From: Octopus vulgaris
Lineage: Eukaryota
Length of the DNA: 64,000 nucleotides
Direction of reading: 5' to 3'
NCBI GenBank assembly: GCA_951406725.2
Contig: OX597820.1
Span: forward strand, 109,244,001-109,308,000
This document shows positions 61,834 through 64,000 of the stretch, in pieces; within the stretch, counting starts at the first letter, position 1; the number at the start of each line of letters is the position of its first letter. Below the pieces are notes generated by a model. That model made no database searches and was not told where the DNA came from. It saw only the letters and a list, made by a program, of their open reading frames with translations. A program made the position numbers and the translations under genes.

Positions 61834-62399
61834 ACAAAATACAAACAACTATTTACATACAAAACTCATTCTCTCACTTAACATGAGGAACCTACAGAGC
61901 TAACAACCTAAACTTTAGCCATTGAACTACATACAAATGACTCCTGTCTACTCTCACCAGACAGATTAGATTTGGAGTACCTTGATTTTAACTTAACATG
62001 TTCACTCAATCGTGTTGACATTCATTTTAGGTACATTAATGCAGGGACATAGGAAACATACTGAAGGTTCTAAACTTAATCATACTTGACAGAAAGCATT
62101 CAGAGCATTGATTGTTTAGTACTACCACTGGACTTGTTCAGTCAGCTGTGTCAGCCTTAATTTACGACACTAAACATTGTCACTTGATACTAACACATGG
62201 ACGTAGTGGAGAACCTACAAAAATTTCTAAGACCTGTCATATGATTATCCTCTACTAATCAAAACCTATTCAAAACACATATTAATTTGAGCCATGAACT
62301 CCCAATAAAAATAGGGCAAGCTTCAAACATTAGTCAGAAGCAAAACAGCTGTGACATAAGCCATGTCTTTCTATTTCAAATTTTTGAAAATCAGTACAT

Positions 62400-62960
62400 T
62401 TTTCCTATACGTAACGAATGCACAAACACACACACACAAACATACACACTCATATACAAAATGTCCTTTGCTATGTCGTATGTAACGAATGCCCACACAC
62501 ACTCAGACACATGTACACTCATATACAAAATGTGTTGTAGTGGTGTTGTAAAATATCCTTTACTATGTCATACATAATGAACACAAACATACACACTCAT
62601 ATACAAAATGTATCGTGGTAGTGGTATAAAATATCCTTTGCTATCTCATGCATAATGCCCTAACACACACACTCATATACAAAATGTGTCATGGGATAAA
62701 ATGTCCTTTACATAATAAACATACACACACACTGACAGACACATACTCATATACAAAATGTGTTATTGTTGTCATATAAAATGTCCTTTACTATCTCGTA
62801 TGTAACACACACACTCACATACACATATACAAAATGTGTCATGGTGGTGGTATAAAATGTCCTTTAGTATGTCGTACGCAATGAATGTGCAAACACAGAC
62901 ACATACACACTCATATACAGAATCTGATGTTGTCATGGTGGTGGTATAAAATGTCCTTTA
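62400..62960. repeat. Minisatellite (about 70-95-bp units: cacactcatatacaaaatgtgtcatggtggtggtataaaatgtcctttactat)
   Basis: About seven degenerate units visible. Confidence 0.85.
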
Positions 62961-63189
62961 TGATAGTTGACTATAGAAATATTGTTTTAATCCAAATGAA
63001 AATAAAAATTACATGTTGACACTTGATTTGGTGGAGCCGTTTGAGAATGCATAGGGGACAGACAGACAGACAAAGAATTTTGTATAGAGAGAGATATAGA
63101 AAACACGTTTTTTATTCCACATGGGTAGAAATATAGGAAATGTATGTCTGTGTCTGTCTTAGTATATGTGTGTGAGAGTGTATGTGTGA

Positions 63190-63931
63190 TTGCCAACTAC
63201 ACTGATGAAAACTGGCTATGTGAAAAAGCTATACTGGCTCCAACTAATGAAATGATTGATAAACTCAATCATGAACTTCAAAAATTAACAGATACATCAG
63301 AAATGACTTTTCCATCAATTCACACAGAAGTTGATCAAGATCAGGCTGTTCAATACCCTGTCGAATTTCTGAACACACTTAAACTCACTGGAATGCTTAG
63401 GAATCTTGACCCACATTGCCTGTGTAATGGAACTCACATAATTGTTACTTCCATGAAGCCCCATGTCCTACAGGCAACAATCATAATAGGTAGTCACAAA
63501 GAAGAAAATGTCTTTATTACAAAATTTCCTCTCATACATTACAGATGTTCCATTTGGATTTTTCGAGGCTTCAGTTTCCAGTCAAACTAAGTTTTGGTAT
63601 TTCAGTTAACAAATCTCAGGGTCAGTTCCTCAAGGTAGTTGGACTTCATCTCTCTACTACATGCTTCTCCTATGGCCAACTCTATGTTGGTTGCTCAACA
63701 GTTCATTTGGACACCAACAAAAAATTACACAATGAATATTGTTTACCCTGAGGTGCTTCTAGATTGACAGATTTTCAGTTCTAAATTCTATTATCATTAC
63801 AATTAGGTTTTTCTTTAATAAAATATAGATATTTGAAATGATTATGAGAAAAATATATATCTTCATATTTATTGTTTACTAATCTGAATAAGAACAGCAG
63901 TAACCCTGGCAATGCCGGGTAATTCAGCTAG
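63190..63931 (+). mobile_element. Helitron 3' end with a PIF1-like helicase pseudogene fragment
   Basis: WLCEKAILAPTN, YPVEFLNTL, MLRNLDP..LCNGT, RLQFPVKLSFGISVNKSQGQ, FSYGQLYVGCS; hairpin accctggcaatgccgggt then CTAG|T at 63928-63932. Confidence 0.9.
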
Positions 63932-64000
63932 TCCTTGTATATATGTGTTTTAAATTACATGTATATGTGTGTGTGTGTCTGTAAATGATTTCAATAACAT

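Noticed and set aside
63144-63751. Host PIF1 helicase gene
   Set aside because: Frameshifted, intronless and followed by a Helitron hairpin+CTAG terminus.

Overview
AT-rich eukaryotic (animal) genomic DNA, most likely an octopod cephalopod; this is inferred from the repeat landscape of huge (TA)n/(TATG)n arrays, tRNA-derived SINEs, RTE and Penelope elements. The only host gene is the 3' half of a fatty acyl-CoA reductase (FAR1/FAR2-like) on the + strand. It has seven exons (10192-10236, 12653-12839, 14177-14258, 14643-14732, 20786-20915, 55033-55160, 56274-56436) that splice GT-AG in frame into 274 aa plus stop, with one 34-kb intron. Most of the rest is nested transposon material: RTE, CR1/L2-like and Tx1-like LINEs, at least four Penelope-like families, two SINE families, Tc1/mariner, piggyBac, Helitrons and MITEs. 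The long Y/I/M/C/V-rich ORFs in the track are microsatellite artefacts. Most notable hidden signals: (1) a C4HC3 PHD finger inserted inside the reverse transcriptase of the RTE family; (2) minimal type-I hammerhead ribozyme motifs at Penelope 3' ends, including core variants and a stand-alone, host-sense copy with a compensatory U3:A8 pair; (3) a six-fold tandem amplification of an RTE 3' UTR built from hairpin sub-repeats; (4) a Penelope with split RT/endonuclease ORFs and large disordered insertions; (5) a composite Helitron carrying a piggyBac end.
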